In this document: piece after piece, positions 1-9,150 of the stretch
How the letters are laid out: the number at the start of each line of letters is the position of its first letter
How positions within the stretch are numbered: position 1 is the stretch's first letter
Origin: a virus
Lineage: Duplodnaviria > Caudoviricetes
IMG/VR virus record: IMGVR_UViG_3300043427_003220
Span: 64,001 to 128,000 of that record
Reading direction: 5' to 3' (one strand)
Length of the DNA: 64,000 bases
Made by a program: the position numbers and the translations under genes
Notes under the pieces: model-generated
Told to the model about the DNA's origin: nothing
Databases searched by the model: none
What the model saw: only the letters and a program-made list of their open reading frames with translations

Positions 1-1
1 T

Positions 2-349
2 GGCGGTTACAAAATTAATTATGGAGTGTACAGCCCAACAGTTACGGCAGTATCTGGCGTTGTAAATGCAAATCTTGGAAACTCTTTTAGAGATGTACGC
101 ACAGGAAATAGAGCAATTGCAATCCATAATTTAAAAGATGGTCAGTCCGTGACTATTTTAGTTCAGGGAGCGGCCACAAACGTAATAACAATTACGGCAT
201 ATAGCGATAACGGAATTACAACGATTCCGGTTAAGTATGGAGCAGGTCAAAGCGGTGTAATGGCATCAACGTACTCGCTTTTTACCGTTTATAGGGTTGG
301 TGGAAGTTTAAATTTTGCAGTAATTGGACCAATTCATGGAATAGTATAA
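2..349 (+). CDS. 5'-partial small beta-rich virion protein, paralog of 11548..11970
   Basis: Frame is open from base 2 (GGYKINYGVYSPTV aligns with DGSLKLDYGVFSPTV); shares HNxKDGQSVxILVQGA and SLFTVxRxGG. Confidence 0.85.
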   Translation, partial: GGYKINYGVYSPTVTAVSGVVNANLGNSFRDVRTGNRAIAIHNLKDGQSVTILVQGAATNVITITAYSDNGITTIPVKYGAGQSGVMASTYSLFTVYRVGGSLNFAVIGPIHGIV

Positions 350-350
350 T

Positions 351-1745
351 ATGTTTTTTAATAATACAATCGGTGTTCTGTCTACTCAGATAACAGAAGA
401 GGTGGAAGAGAGGTTTACATCTTCTACTTCTAAAACAATGGCGTCTACATATGTACCAAGTAGCATAAAAATTTGGGGAATTGGAGGAGGCGCAGGCGGT
501 TCTAGTGGCGCAAACGGTGGGAACGGAAATGCTGGTAGCTCTGGTGGGACTGGCAATACTGGGAATGGTGGAGCCGGCGGTGGTGGATTTGGAAATGGCG
601 GCGGCGGTGGAACTGGCTATGGAGGAACTGGAGGCAAGGGCGGCACAAAGGGCACTGGAGGAACTGGAGGTAGCGGAGGAACTGGAGGAAGCGGCGGCGG
701 AGCAGGTTCTGGCAATTTAAATAACTATAATACAGCCGTGTATGATAATTTTAATGATTTCATAGCGGGAGCCCTTTTAGGTATTACGGTTGGAAATGGC
801 GGTTCTTCGGGCACAAATGGAAACTCTACCTTGTTTTTAGTAAATTCAATTGCAAAAACAATATATTCAGGCGGTACCATCAATACCGGTGGCCTCGGAA
901 CGGCAGGCACATCGGGCACTGCCGGAGCGGGCGGTACAGCCGGAGCAAATGGCAGCGGCGGAGCGACTGTCGGTTCCGGCACAAACAACGGAGGTGGTGC
1001 TGGAGGGGGTGCTGGAGGCGGCGGAGGAACTGGAGGCGGCGCTGGCGGTAGTGGTGGTAGCGGAGGTTCCGCCGGAACTGGAGGAACGGGAGCAATTATT
1101 GATGGAATAATATACGGCGCTGGCGGTAATGGCGGTAATGGTGGTAATGGCGGTAATGGTGGTAGTGGCGGAAATGGTGGTGCTGGAGGTGCTGGCGGAA
1201 ATGGTTACGGAGGAGGCGGTGGAGGAGCTTCTGTTTATCAAACAGATTTTTGGGTTTCTTATGCTGGTAATCCCGGCGGCTGGGGTTGGGCCGGCGGTGG
1301 TGGCAGCGGAGCGGCAAATATCATTGCTTTGGGAGGCGGAAATGGGGGGTCTTCTGTAAATGGATACAGTGGAGGTATAGGAGGCACCATTTCAGGAGGA
1401 GAGGTTGCAGGACTTGGTGGCGGCGGTGGCGGAGGCGGAGGTGGGGGCTCAAGCGCTGCTGGTAGTGCGGGTGGAAACGGTTATTATGCAGGCGGTGTGT
1501 ATTACCCAGGAAATGGTGGAAGTGGCGGAAGCGGCGGCGGCGGGAATGGTGGACGTGGCCAGGGTTATCTTGGGCCATACTCCGGAGGTTCCGTCGGCGG
1601 TCAAGGCGGTCAAGGCGGCGGATATGGAGGAGCGGGAGGATCGGGAGGAGCCTCCGGTTCTGCAGGGACTTTGGGCCAATCCGGAACACTTGGACAGGCT
1701 GGCAAAAATGGAATGTTAATAATCAAGTATAAAATTTTTAAATAA
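351..1745 (+). CDS. Glycine-rich putative adhesin/fibre-tip protein (polyglycine-II type)
   Basis: GGxGGx repeats between N-terminal EVEERF..YVPxSIKxWGIGGGAGG and C-terminal IIKYKIFK, both shared with 11982..13247. Confidence 0.8.
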   Translation: MFFNNTIGVLSTQITEEVEERFTSSTSKTMASTYVPSSIKIWGIGGGAGGSSGANGGNGNAGSSGGTGNTGNGGAGGGGFGNGGGGGTGYGGTGGKGGTKGTGGTGGSGGTGGSGGGAGSGNLNNYNTAVYDNFNDFIAGALLGITVGNGGSSGTNGNSTLFLVNSIAKTIYSGGTINTGGLGTAGTSGTAGAGGTAGANGSGGATVGSGTNNGGGAGGGAGGGGGTGGGAGGSGGSGGSAGTGGTGAIIDGIIYGAGGNGGNGGNGGNGGSGGNGGAGGAGGNGYGGGGGGASVYQTDFWVSYAGNPGGWGWAGGGGSGAANIIALGGGNGGSSVNGYSGGIGGTISGGEVAGLGGGGGGGGGGGSSAAGSAGGNGYYAGGVYYPGNGGSGGSGGGGNGGRGQGYLGPYSGGSVGGQGGQGGGYGGAGGSGGASGSAGTLGQSGTLGQAGKNGMLIIKYKIFK

Positions 1746-1761
1746 ATATTTCATGCTTTTC

Positions 1762-1788
1762 TAAAGTTCTTGCAACAAAAGACGATAA
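1762..1788 (+). promoter_or_regulatory. sigma-28/FliA-type promoter
   Basis: TAAA-N15-GACGATAA (consensus TAAA-N15-GCCGATAA), followed by AGGAGG and ATG at 1816. Confidence 0.75.
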
Positions 1789-1815
1789 GATTTATGGTGA
1801 GTGTAGGAGGTACCT

Positions 1816-1884
1816 ATGCTCATCAGTCTTTTATTGGCTTTATTAATAGCCTATGTAGCGGCTAGATTAGGGAGTATTATATGA
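1816..1884 (+). CDS. 22-aa hydrophobic peptide (not in ORF track)
   Basis: MLISLLLALLIAYVAARLGSII; strong SD; ATGA overlap with next gene. Confidence 0.55.
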   Translation: MLISLLLALLIAYVAARLGSII

Positions 1885-2069
1885 AAATGCTTGATATGAT
1901 GATGGCTTATGAGAACGGTGACCTTGATATGGAACAAACCGTAGAATTGTTTCAAAAACTTATTGACAGCGGGCTTATTTTTAGCCTACAAGGTAATTAT
2001 ATGAGAGTGGCCAGAGATTTGGTTGACGCTGGTTTGATTGACTTGACTACTGCTGACATTGAGGAGTGA
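1881..2069 (+). CDS. Small phage hypothetical protein
   Basis: SD GGGAG; AYExGxL..ELFQxLIDSG..LQGxY pattern typical of small phage early proteins. Confidence 0.75.
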   Translation: MKMLDMMMAYENGDLDMEQTVELFQKLIDSGLIFSLQGNYMRVARDLVDAGLIDLTTADIEE

Positions 2070-2071
2070 TT

Positions 2072-2221
2072 ATGGCAATGGAAATGTTTGTTAATAGAAT
2101 CTTAATGTTGATGGCAGGAACACTAACGAGTCACGCTGTTTACGAAATGCTTGAAATTGAGCATAATTCAGTAGACGCCATTGCCACCTATGAAGCCGTA
2201 GTAAACGGAAACATCCTATGA
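2072..2221 (+). CDS. 49-aa hypothetical protein (not in ORF track)
   Basis: SD GAGGAG, MAMEMFVNRILM...; ATGA overlap with next ORF. Confidence 0.6.
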   Translation: MAMEMFVNRILMLMAGTLTSHAVYEMLEIEHNSVDAIATYEAVVNGNIL

Positions 2222-2385
2222 CAAACAAACATGATGACGAACAGGAGCCCAAAGACCCGGAAACTCTCGAAGAGGCTTTGTTTATTATTGCCTGCCATCT
2301 TATTATTTTTGTTTTAAAGGTCGGTTGCATTGTTGCAGGCTGGATGTTGATGGTTGAGTTGTTGAAAAAAATGTTAATGCAATAG
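2218..2385 (+). CDS. 55-aa membrane protein (not in ORF track)
   Basis: MTNKHDDEQ... then hydrophobic segment; translationally coupled to upstream ORF. Confidence 0.6.
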   Translation: MTNKHDDEQEPKDPETLEEALFIIACHLIIFVLKVGCIVAGWMLMVELLKKMLMQ

Positions 2386-2393
2386 GAGGGGTT

Positions 2394-2744
2394 ATGGCCC
2401 TAAATGCTTTGGTTATTGTCGGAAGTTTAATTCTTGGTGGTTTTGCCCTATCGGCAGCAAAACATAAACCGCTACCAGTTGGCTCGTGTATTGCAAACAG
2501 TTTGCTCTGTAATGCTAATGACCCTAACATTGACCCTTGGGAAGTGAAATGCTATACAAGCGCCGTTTTGAAGATTGAGCAAGTTGGCAAACGGTCTTAC
2601 AAAACAAGTTGTATTGATGAAACTGTTCAGTGTAAAGAGTTTGTTAGTTTTGAGGACGCTAAGTCTATTTATTATCCAATTGAGTGTCCAGTTATAAAGA
2701 AAGAGATGCGCCTTCACAACTCAATTCCGTTGCCGAAAGAATAA
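2394..2744 (+). CDS. Exported/membrane Cys-rich hypothetical protein
   Basis: SD AGGAGG, N-terminal hydrophobic segment, 6 Cys. Confidence 0.7.
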   Translation: MALNALVIVGSLILGGFALSAAKHKPLPVGSCIANSLLCNANDPNIDPWEVKCYTSAVLKIEQVGKRSYKTSCIDETVQCKEFVSFEDAKSIYYPIECPVIKKEMRLHNSIPLPKE

Positions 2745-2747
2745 TTT

Positions 2748-2942
2748 ATGAGAATTCTTATAGGAAACATTATTTTATTTATCTGCGTCAGCATTTTAAT
2801 TAGCTCTTTGTTGTATGTTACCAAGATTGCTGACAAATATATGAATGTAGCTACTCAAGTTTATTGCGAACAGCGCGCAGACTTTGATAAATGTTCTCAA
2901 GAATTTAAAGAAAAAACTTCTAAATTAATGAAGGAACGATGA
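2748..2942 (+). CDS. Small membrane protein
   Basis: N-terminal TM helix; overlaps next start. Confidence 0.65.
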   Translation: MRILIGNIILFICVSILISSLLYVTKIADKYMNVATQVYCEQRADFDKCSQEFKEKTSKLMKER

Positions 2943-3901
2943 TGCAGCTATCTGAATTTCTTGAAAAACATTTCAAGCATTTCAACGCAAGAGAAACGCT
3001 GGCTGCTGCTAAGGCTTATAAAGCGCATATTGAGTCTGGTAATCTAATGATGGTTACATTGGCAGGAGCTATGTCCACTGCCGAGCTTGGTATTATCTTG
3101 GCTGAGATGATTCGCCAAGACAAAGTACATGCTATTACCTGTACCGGAGCCAACCTTGAAGAAAGTCTCTATAACTTAGTTGCTTACAATCACTACAAAG
3201 TCATTCCTAATTATAGAGACTTGACTCCCCAAGAGGAGGAAGAGCTTCTCAGCCAACATCTCAATAGGGTCACAGATACTTGTATCCCAGAAGATGAAGC
3301 AATTAGGCTGATTGAAGGTCATTTGTTTGAAGAATGGAGAAAGCTTAATGATGCCGGCAGTTCAGCTTTTCCTCACCAAGTTACATACAATGTAATCCGT
3401 AGCGGTAAACTCAAACCACAGTCCGACCCTAAAGACTCGTGGCTTGTGGCTGCTTGTGAAAAGAATTTGCCCATTTATGTTCCGGGGTGGGAGGACTCAA
3501 CCTGCGGCAACATCTTTACCTCCTACTGCATGGCGGGTGATTTGTCACCTAAGTGTATTAAGGGCGGGATTGAAGCAATGATTGACTTGGCTGGATGGTA
3601 TCAGCGCGTAGCAAAAGACAAGACAGTTGGGTTCTTTCAAGTAGGCGGCGGTATTGCAGGTGACTTTCCCATCTGTGTAGTTCCTATGTTGCACCAAGAC
3701 ATGGGGCTTAGTAATGTTCCGTTGTGGGGATATTTTTGCCAGATAGGCGACTCTACGACTTCTTACGGAAGTTATTCAGGGGCAGTGCCCAACGAGAAGA
3801 TTACTTGGGGGAAACTCTCAAGAGAAACTCCTAAGTTTATGATTGAGTCAGACGCTACTATTGTTGCACCTTTGATTTGGGGGTATGTGCTTGAATATTA
3901 A
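2939..3901 (+). CDS. Deoxyhypusine synthase-like protein (bacterial SpeY/homospermidine synthase type)
   Basis: TGANLEE, NRVTDT, QVGGG and SYSGAVPNEKITWGK (catalytic Lys), ESDATIVAPL. Confidence 0.92.
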   Translation: MMQLSEFLEKHFKHFNARETLAAAKAYKAHIESGNLMMVTLAGAMSTAELGIILAEMIRQDKVHAITCTGANLEESLYNLVAYNHYKVIPNYRDLTPQEEEELLSQHLNRVTDTCIPEDEAIRLIEGHLFEEWRKLNDAGSSAFPHQVTYNVIRSGKLKPQSDPKDSWLVAACEKNLPIYVPGWEDSTCGNIFTSYCMAGDLSPKCIKGGIEAMIDLAGWYQRVAKDKTVGFFQVGGGIAGDFPICVVPMLHQDMGLSNVPLWGYFCQIGDSTTSYGSYSGAVPNEKITWGKLSRETPKFMIESDATIVAPLIWGYVLEY

Positions 3902-3925
3902 AACTCTGCGAGAACAGGTAGTTAT

Positions 3926-3953
3926 AAAAAAAGAAGGCGACGACTACGTCGCC
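3926..3953 (-). terminator. Intrinsic terminator for the leftward early operon
   Basis: GGCGACG-N4-CGTCGCC followed by TTCTTTTTTT on - strand. Confidence 0.6.
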
Positions 3954-4080
3954 ACCCATCCTTTACACCCTACACTTTCTGTATGTGCCCCTACAATTCT
4001 TGAAGCCGAAGAAGAAATTCTGCAATATGTTATGTATTTAGTTTTATTAAACAAAATAAAATAAAGCCATTTTACTGGCT

Positions 4081-4539
4081 TTAGATTGGGTTTGCAGACA
4101 TCTTTTGAATCAAGCTAAGCGTTGTTTTGGCCCTATAGATTTCAAACTTCTTGCCGCTCATAGAGCATCTCATACTATCTCTGTGCATTGATGTCTTAAT
4201 TTGCTTTACCTCTTCTTCAATTGCTGGAGAGTAGGTTTTGCCATTTTCCAACAAGACCTTTACGTAGACTGTAAAGCCGTCCGACCCTAAAGCTGCCACT
4301 GTCAAATAAGCCGCACCATTAGATACTGTAGTCTTTTCAGTGATGGCTGAACTCAACGCTCCAGCCGTCTCTTCGTTTGGAGCCAACAAAATAACACCCA
4401 AAACATCTGACGCCTTGGTCAATTCGGCCACTTCATCAACGCAATCCGTTGTCTTTTCTTCAAGAATCTTATTAATAGACAATCCACTCAATCCCACTAC
4501 TACCACTGCCGCTAAAGCAAACTTAAGAACTCGTTTCAT
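4081..4539 (-). CDS. Exported hypothetical protein
   Basis: SD GGAGGTGAG; signal-anchor MKRVLKFALAAVVVVG. Confidence 0.75.
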   Translation of the reverse strand: MKRVLKFALAAVVVVGLSGLSINKILEEKTTDCVDEVAELTKASDVLGVILLAPNEETAGALSSAITEKTTVSNGAAYLTVAALGSDGFTVYVKVLLENGKTYSPAIEEEVKQIKTSMHRDSMRCSMSGKKFEIYRAKTTLSLIQKMSANPI

Positions 4540-4829
4540 TGCTCACCTCCTACTTCATTATCGTCATCTTCGTCAGAATCTTTAATATTTTCTTTATCGT
4601 CTCTACTCCATTCTTTTTTTAAATGCTCGTCGAGTTTTGGTTTGTGTTTAAGAGGATGATAGTGATTTGTAATCGCATTTAAAACTAAGGCCACGTGTCC
4701 TGCCTTAAACCCTTCTGGTAAATGGCTAGCCAGCTCTTCCGTAAGGTGCTCAAAGCAGAGCTTCTTGGAAAACATAGGCGTTACCATTGCGTCGCATTTC
4801 TTGCATTTTCGCCACCGCTCACCTTCCAT
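4536..4829 (-). CDS. Hypothetical protein with N-terminal CxxC..CxxH Zn-finger-like motif
   Basis: CKKC...CFEH; SD GGGAG; overlap with neighbour. Confidence 0.7.
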   Translation of the reverse strand: MEGERWRKCKKCDAMVTPMFSKKLCFEHLTEELASHLPEGFKAGHVALVLNAITNHYHPLKHKPKLDEHLKKEWSRDDKENIKDSDEDDDNEVGGEQ

Positions 4830-4841
4830 AACACTCCCAAA

Positions 4842-5387
4842 TCAAAAGAAAATTTCTTCAAATTCTTCGTAATCTCTTTCAAAAATTTGCATAGCTTGAG
4901 ACTTGTCATAAAAAGAACGCAAAACGGGATGATGGGTCACATTATCTACTTCTGCAAATACCCACTTAGTTCTAGAAGACTTATGAAATAAAATAGAACC
5001 AACTGAAAATGGGAGCTTTTTGATTTCAGGCTTCTTGTTTTCTTCTTTGGCCGCCCAGCCATGATTTCTTAAAGATGGAGGTTGAGGCTGATATGCTGCT
5101 GGAGAAACTCCTGCCACACTGGACGACATCCCTGTACTCAAGTCAATCTTAACTGTCATGCACAAATTAGAGTCGTAATACTCAACTACGTTCGTCCAAT
5201 GATCGTAGGTTGCAGATGCAAGCCTCTTAATAACAGAGTCGTGCATGTCTAGTGCCGTGTAACTAGGCCACACCATAGTGAACTGATGGTTGTTATTGAC
5301 ATCCATTGTGCCATCAGCTTGCAAAACAGCATTTAATACCGAATCATAAAAAATATCATTTTTATTAAGTGGATACGCCATCGTCAA
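4842..5387 (-). CDS. Hypothetical protein
   Basis: SD AGGAG; operon context. Confidence 0.7.
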   Translation of the reverse strand: MTMAYPLNKNDIFYDSVLNAVLQADGTMDVNNNHQFTMVWPSYTALDMHDSVIKRLASATYDHWTNVVEYYDSNLCMTVKIDLSTGMSSSVAGVSPAAYQPQPPSLRNHGWAAKEENKKPEIKKLPFSVGSILFHKSSRTKWVFAEVDNVTHHPVLRSFYDKSQAMQIFERDYEEFEEIFF

Positions 5388-5613
5388 CTCCTAGGAAGCT
5401 GATTTCATTATTTTCTTTGTCAAAATCACACTCTACAAAATTATCATCAAGAAATTTATCAATAGCTTCAATAAGTTGCTTTGTATAAGCTTCGTTGCCG
5501 GAATAAATTACGCGCATAATGTGTCCAAGCTCACCTTTGGTTCCCAAAGATAGCAACAACACATCCAATGACTCAGAATAAAAATATTTACCTTCTTGAT
5601 CATATTTACTCAT
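5365..5613 (-). CDS. Hypothetical protein, first gene after sigma-28-type promoter
   Basis: SD AAGGAGG. Confidence 0.75.
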   Translation of the reverse strand: MSKYDQEGKYFYSESLDVLLLSLGTKGELGHIMRVIYSGNEAYTKQLIEAIDKFLDDNFVECDFDKENNEISFLGVDDGVST

Positions 5614-5634
5614 ATTGCCTCCTTTGTAATATTC

Positions 5635-5661
5635 TTATCGACGGCTTGACATTATTCTTTA
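5635..5661 (-). promoter_or_regulatory. sigma-28/FliA-type promoter
   Basis: - strand TAAA-GAATAATGTCAAGCC(15)-GTCGATAA. Confidence 0.75.
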
Positions 5662-5870
5662 TACATTTCTTTTATAACAATTCCAACAAAAATTAAAAAT
5701 CCAATAATAATAACATCTTGCATTTTTTCTCCTATATTTTTTTAACTTGCATAGATATATTAAATCTGTTATAAAAATCTTGCAAGTTGTTTTTGTTTTT
5801 TAAAAATGTTTGTAAAAATCACGCACTTAAATATTAAAATAGACATGCGTTTTTAAGAAAAGGAGACGAT

Positions 5871-8258
5871 GTGAGCGATGTAGGCAAAAAACCTAGTTTT
5901 AAACAGGTTCGCACAAATGAAATCGTTGTCCCAAAAGGCACCGACATTACTGTTGCAGGGACGATTACGGCGCTCGATGTTAGTGGCATCAGTTTTGTGA
6001 GGCTTACGGCAGCTACTGAATTGCAAGGAATTGTGGCGCCTGAATCTCCCGCAAATGATGGTAAGTTGGTGACAATAACTAACGCCTCCGCTTCCGATTT
6101 GTTTATTAGAAACGAATCAAGCGGAGCAACCGCCGAAAATCGAATTGTTACGGGCGCCGGAAGAGACTTGCGTATTACAGTAGGTGCATCCTTCACTGCC
6201 GCATATGATATCGCATCTTCACGATGGGGAGTGACAGCGTCTTCCGCCGATGTTAATGTTGGTCGTTTAGATATCGGTGTTGGTACCCTTGCGCTTAGCT
6301 CTGAGGATGTCTCCTTAACGCCCGACAACGTAAACGCTTCTTTAATAGAGGTTACCGCTGGAGCCGCTTCTACAATTCGGTCCGTTGATACTGTAAATAC
6401 CGGAAACATAGTTGTTTTTACTAATAAAACAGGAGCGACCGTTCAGGTAAAAGACGAGGACCTCGGCGCTACGGCTACAAACCGTATTCGTACTGGTACA
6501 GGTGGGCCGCTTACTATCCAAAACAATGCCTCTATAATGCTAAGCTATTCAAACGATAGATGGTATGTTGTTGGCGGTACAGGCACAGGCGGGGGAGCCG
6601 TTGAACAGGTTAGTCAAACAGGAATCGGCGTTTTGGCCAACTATCCAGTTGGTACGCCTTTGTATGTTGATGCCACTGCTTGGAATAAAGCAAGCGCTAC
6701 TGCCGCAAATACGGCCGAAGTCGCTGGTTTAATTAGCCGTAGACTAAATGACGACTTGGCAGAAGTTGCATTGGCTGGAGAGGTTAGTGAGGTTACTTCT
6801 GCGGCGTTTATTGAGGGCGTTTTGCCCACTAGAGGCTCCGTTGTATTTCTTTCAACAACGTCTGGATATTTGACCGTTTCCGATACAACAACTATTGGAT
6901 ATGTAAGTAAGCCAATTGGTATTATCCATAATGTAAATGGAAGCCCTACGCCAACGTCCGTTGATATTATGTTCTACAATCAGCGCGGCATCGTTGTTGG
7001 TAGCGTAAACGCAAGAACTCAGATTAACTTGAATGGCTCTGTTGGTTCTCCGACGGTGACACCAATCCAAAATGTTTCTGCTTATGAGGCAGGAGAAATA
7101 GCAGGCTGGATTAACATTGACGCTACGACTGATTATAGTTTTTATTTTCAAACACAATTTGCAAAAATTCCTAACACCTCTAACTATAACATCGCAGTGC
7201 CCCAAACAGTGGGTAGTACACCTCCCGTTGGATTTTCGGTGGATGTGGTTGCAGGAGTCGTACAAGTAACATTGCCAGCACTAGCGGGCTTTGTTAGTGC
7301 ATATGCAAATTTTGCCCTAAACGCTCCCGCCGTGGGCACAAGCTTACCCCTGAGCGTCAATTCCACTAGCGTTTATACAACCTATAAGGCAGTTACTGCT
7401 GCATACAACATTGTTCCAACAGATAGTCTGATTGTTGCTAGCGGTGCGACCACGTATGCAGTAACACTTCCTACGGCAGTTGGAGCTACTGGTACAACAT
7501 ATACGATTAAATCTGATATGAATGCTGGCGTGTTTTTGACCGTTAACACAACCGGCGGACAATTAATTGACTCTTCAAATAACAAAATTTTGCTAAAAGA
7601 CGAAACACTATCAGTTGTTAGCAATGGCACAAAGTGGATAAATTTATCAGCTCCAGCAAATGAAGGGCGCGGTATTGTGCCACTAGGGTCTGTTATTGCG
7701 GTTGGTAATGTGGCGGGATGGGCATTGCCAACGACTGGACAAATTAAAGATGGATACGCTCTTTGCGATGGTCAATCGTTTCCCGCCGGCAGCAATCCGC
7801 TTTTTACTGGAACTATGCCTAACCTAACAGACGATAGATTTTTGAATGGTTCTACAACCGTGGGCGGAACAGGTGGTAGCACTAGCAAAACAACGACCGG
7901 AGTAGGCGCTTCATTTAATAAAAATGTTTTAAACAGCGATCAGATTGCCCACAATCACAAACTACCGTTTTTAGTTGGTACAACATCTGGGGGCGGCGGG
8001 ATCATTTATGGCTTTGCTTCTGCCGCGACTAGCGGAAATGGTTTGTATGGCAACTCTGCGTCCCCGGGGGGAACTATTACAGCCGCAATTGCAACTATTG
8101 CAGGTACAACATCGGCTAGTTTTGCGCAAGTTTCTGACTCCAACACTGCAACAGTTTCGTGGAACTCAGTGACTGTTAATGCGTCAATGACTCAGGGTAC
8201 AATTTCTGACATTCGACCTAAATATTTTAGTGTTGTGTACTTAATGAGAGTAGTATAA
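5871..8258 (+). CDS. Tail fibre/baseplate protein with C-terminal tail-collar domain
   Basis: VPLGSVI..GYALCDGQ..PNLTDDRFL..HNH..DIRPKYFSVVYLMRV; N-terminus paralogous to 15329..16372. Confidence 0.8.
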   Translation: MSDVGKKPSFKQVRTNEIVVPKGTDITVAGTITALDVSGISFVRLTAATELQGIVAPESPANDGKLVTITNASASDLFIRNESSGATAENRIVTGAGRDLRITVGASFTAAYDIASSRWGVTASSADVNVGRLDIGVGTLALSSEDVSLTPDNVNASLIEVTAGAASTIRSVDTVNTGNIVVFTNKTGATVQVKDEDLGATATNRIRTGTGGPLTIQNNASIMLSYSNDRWYVVGGTGTGGGAVEQVSQTGIGVLANYPVGTPLYVDATAWNKASATAANTAEVAGLISRRLNDDLAEVALAGEVSEVTSAAFIEGVLPTRGSVVFLSTTSGYLTVSDTTTIGYVSKPIGIIHNVNGSPTPTSVDIMFYNQRGIVVGSVNARTQINLNGSVGSPTVTPIQNVSAYEAGEIAGWINIDATTDYSFYFQTQFAKIPNTSNYNIAVPQTVGSTPPVGFSVDVVAGVVQVTLPALAGFVSAYANFALNAPAVGTSLPLSVNSTSVYTTYKAVTAAYNIVPTDSLIVASGATTYAVTLPTAVGATGTTYTIKSDMNAGVFLTVNTTGGQLIDSSNNKILLKDETLSVVSNGTKWINLSAPANEGRGIVPLGSVIAVGNVAGWALPTTGQIKDGYALCDGQSFPAGSNPLFTGTMPNLTDDRFLNGSTTVGGTGGSTSKTTTGVGASFNKNVLNSDQIAHNHKLPFLVGTTSGGGGIIYGFASAATSGNGLYGNSASPGGTITAAIATIAGTTSASFAQVSDSNTATVSWNSVTVNASMTQGTISDIRPKYFSVVYLMRVV

Positions 8259-8282
8259 AGTACAAAAAGGGAGATAAATAAA

Positions 8283-8888
8283 ATGGCAATAGTTTCAATG
8301 ATGTTAAGCGTTAACGGCCCAGGGACTGTGCCACTAGGTGCAATCATTCCTGTTGGTAATGTAGGAGCTTGGGCATTGCCAGCCAGTGGAGAAATTAAAG
8401 ATGGCTTTGCTTTATGCGATGGAACATCTTTTCCTTCTGGAAGTCATCCGTCTTTTGCTGGCAATAGACCAAATCTTTCAGATAGTAGATTTTTACAAGG
8501 TTCTAGCTCTGTAGGCGGAACGGGCGGAGCTAATAGCAAAACACTGGCAACTGCTGAGTTGCCTGCACATACTCATAGTATTGAGCATGACCATGGTTCT
8601 GTGAACACAAATACTACCGGAGCGCATCAACATAATATTTTAAACTCCTCTGCTTTTCCAGGAAACATAGACGATGGTGCAGGCGGTAGTAGTTTTGATG
8701 TTTACAACAATGCAACATTTGGTGGAAATGCTTCGGGCATTGACATGATTACCACCTCAAACGGAAATCATTTTCATACTGTAGATTTACCAAATTTTAC
8801 CGGAACATCCGGAAGCGTTGGCTCCGGTACTGCTTTTGACATTCGTCCACAATATTTCGGCGTAGTTTATTTAATGAGGGTAATTTAA
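8283..8888 (+). CDS. Tail-collar domain short fibre protein
   Basis: VPLGAII..GFALCDG..PNL..RFLQG..ELPAHTH, HxH motifs, DIRPQYFGVVYLMRV. Confidence 0.85.
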   Translation: MAIVSMMLSVNGPGTVPLGAIIPVGNVGAWALPASGEIKDGFALCDGTSFPSGSHPSFAGNRPNLSDSRFLQGSSSVGGTGGANSKTLATAELPAHTHSIEHDHGSVNTNTTGAHQHNILNSSAFPGNIDDGAGGSSFDVYNNATFGGNASGIDMITTSNGNHFHTVDLPNFTGTSGSVGSGTAFDIRPQYFGVVYLMRVI

Positions 8889-8889
8889 T

Positions 8890-9126
8890 ATGGAATACGT
8901 AATTGTTTATAAATACAAGGCATCTTGGTTTTGGAAAAAGCAAAAAGTAACTGGCCACTCATACAATAAAGAAGTGGACAAGCTAGTTCTTTTTAAGCAA
9001 GATGGTTCTTTAGAAGAGATTGCGGAGTGGTCTAAGCATCACGTTAAACTAGGTGTAGATTTTGTTGCTGCACAAAAAAAGCAAATGGAAAAAGAAACAG
9101 GAACTGATATTAAATTAAATGTTTAA
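8890..9126 (+). CDS. Small hypothetical protein
   Basis: Tight spacing after tail-collar gene. Confidence 0.7.
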   Translation: MEYVIVYKYKASWFWKKQKVTGHSYNKEVDKLVLFKQDGSLEEIAEWSKHHVKLGVDFVAAQKKQMEKETGTDIKLNV

Positions 9127-9150
9127 AACAATAATTTAAAGGAGCGTTGT

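Noticed and set aside
5646-5678. TTGACA as a sigma-70 -35 box
   Set aside because: Nearest -10-like hexamer is 21 bp away; the site lies in the spacer of the opposite-strand sigma-28-type promoter
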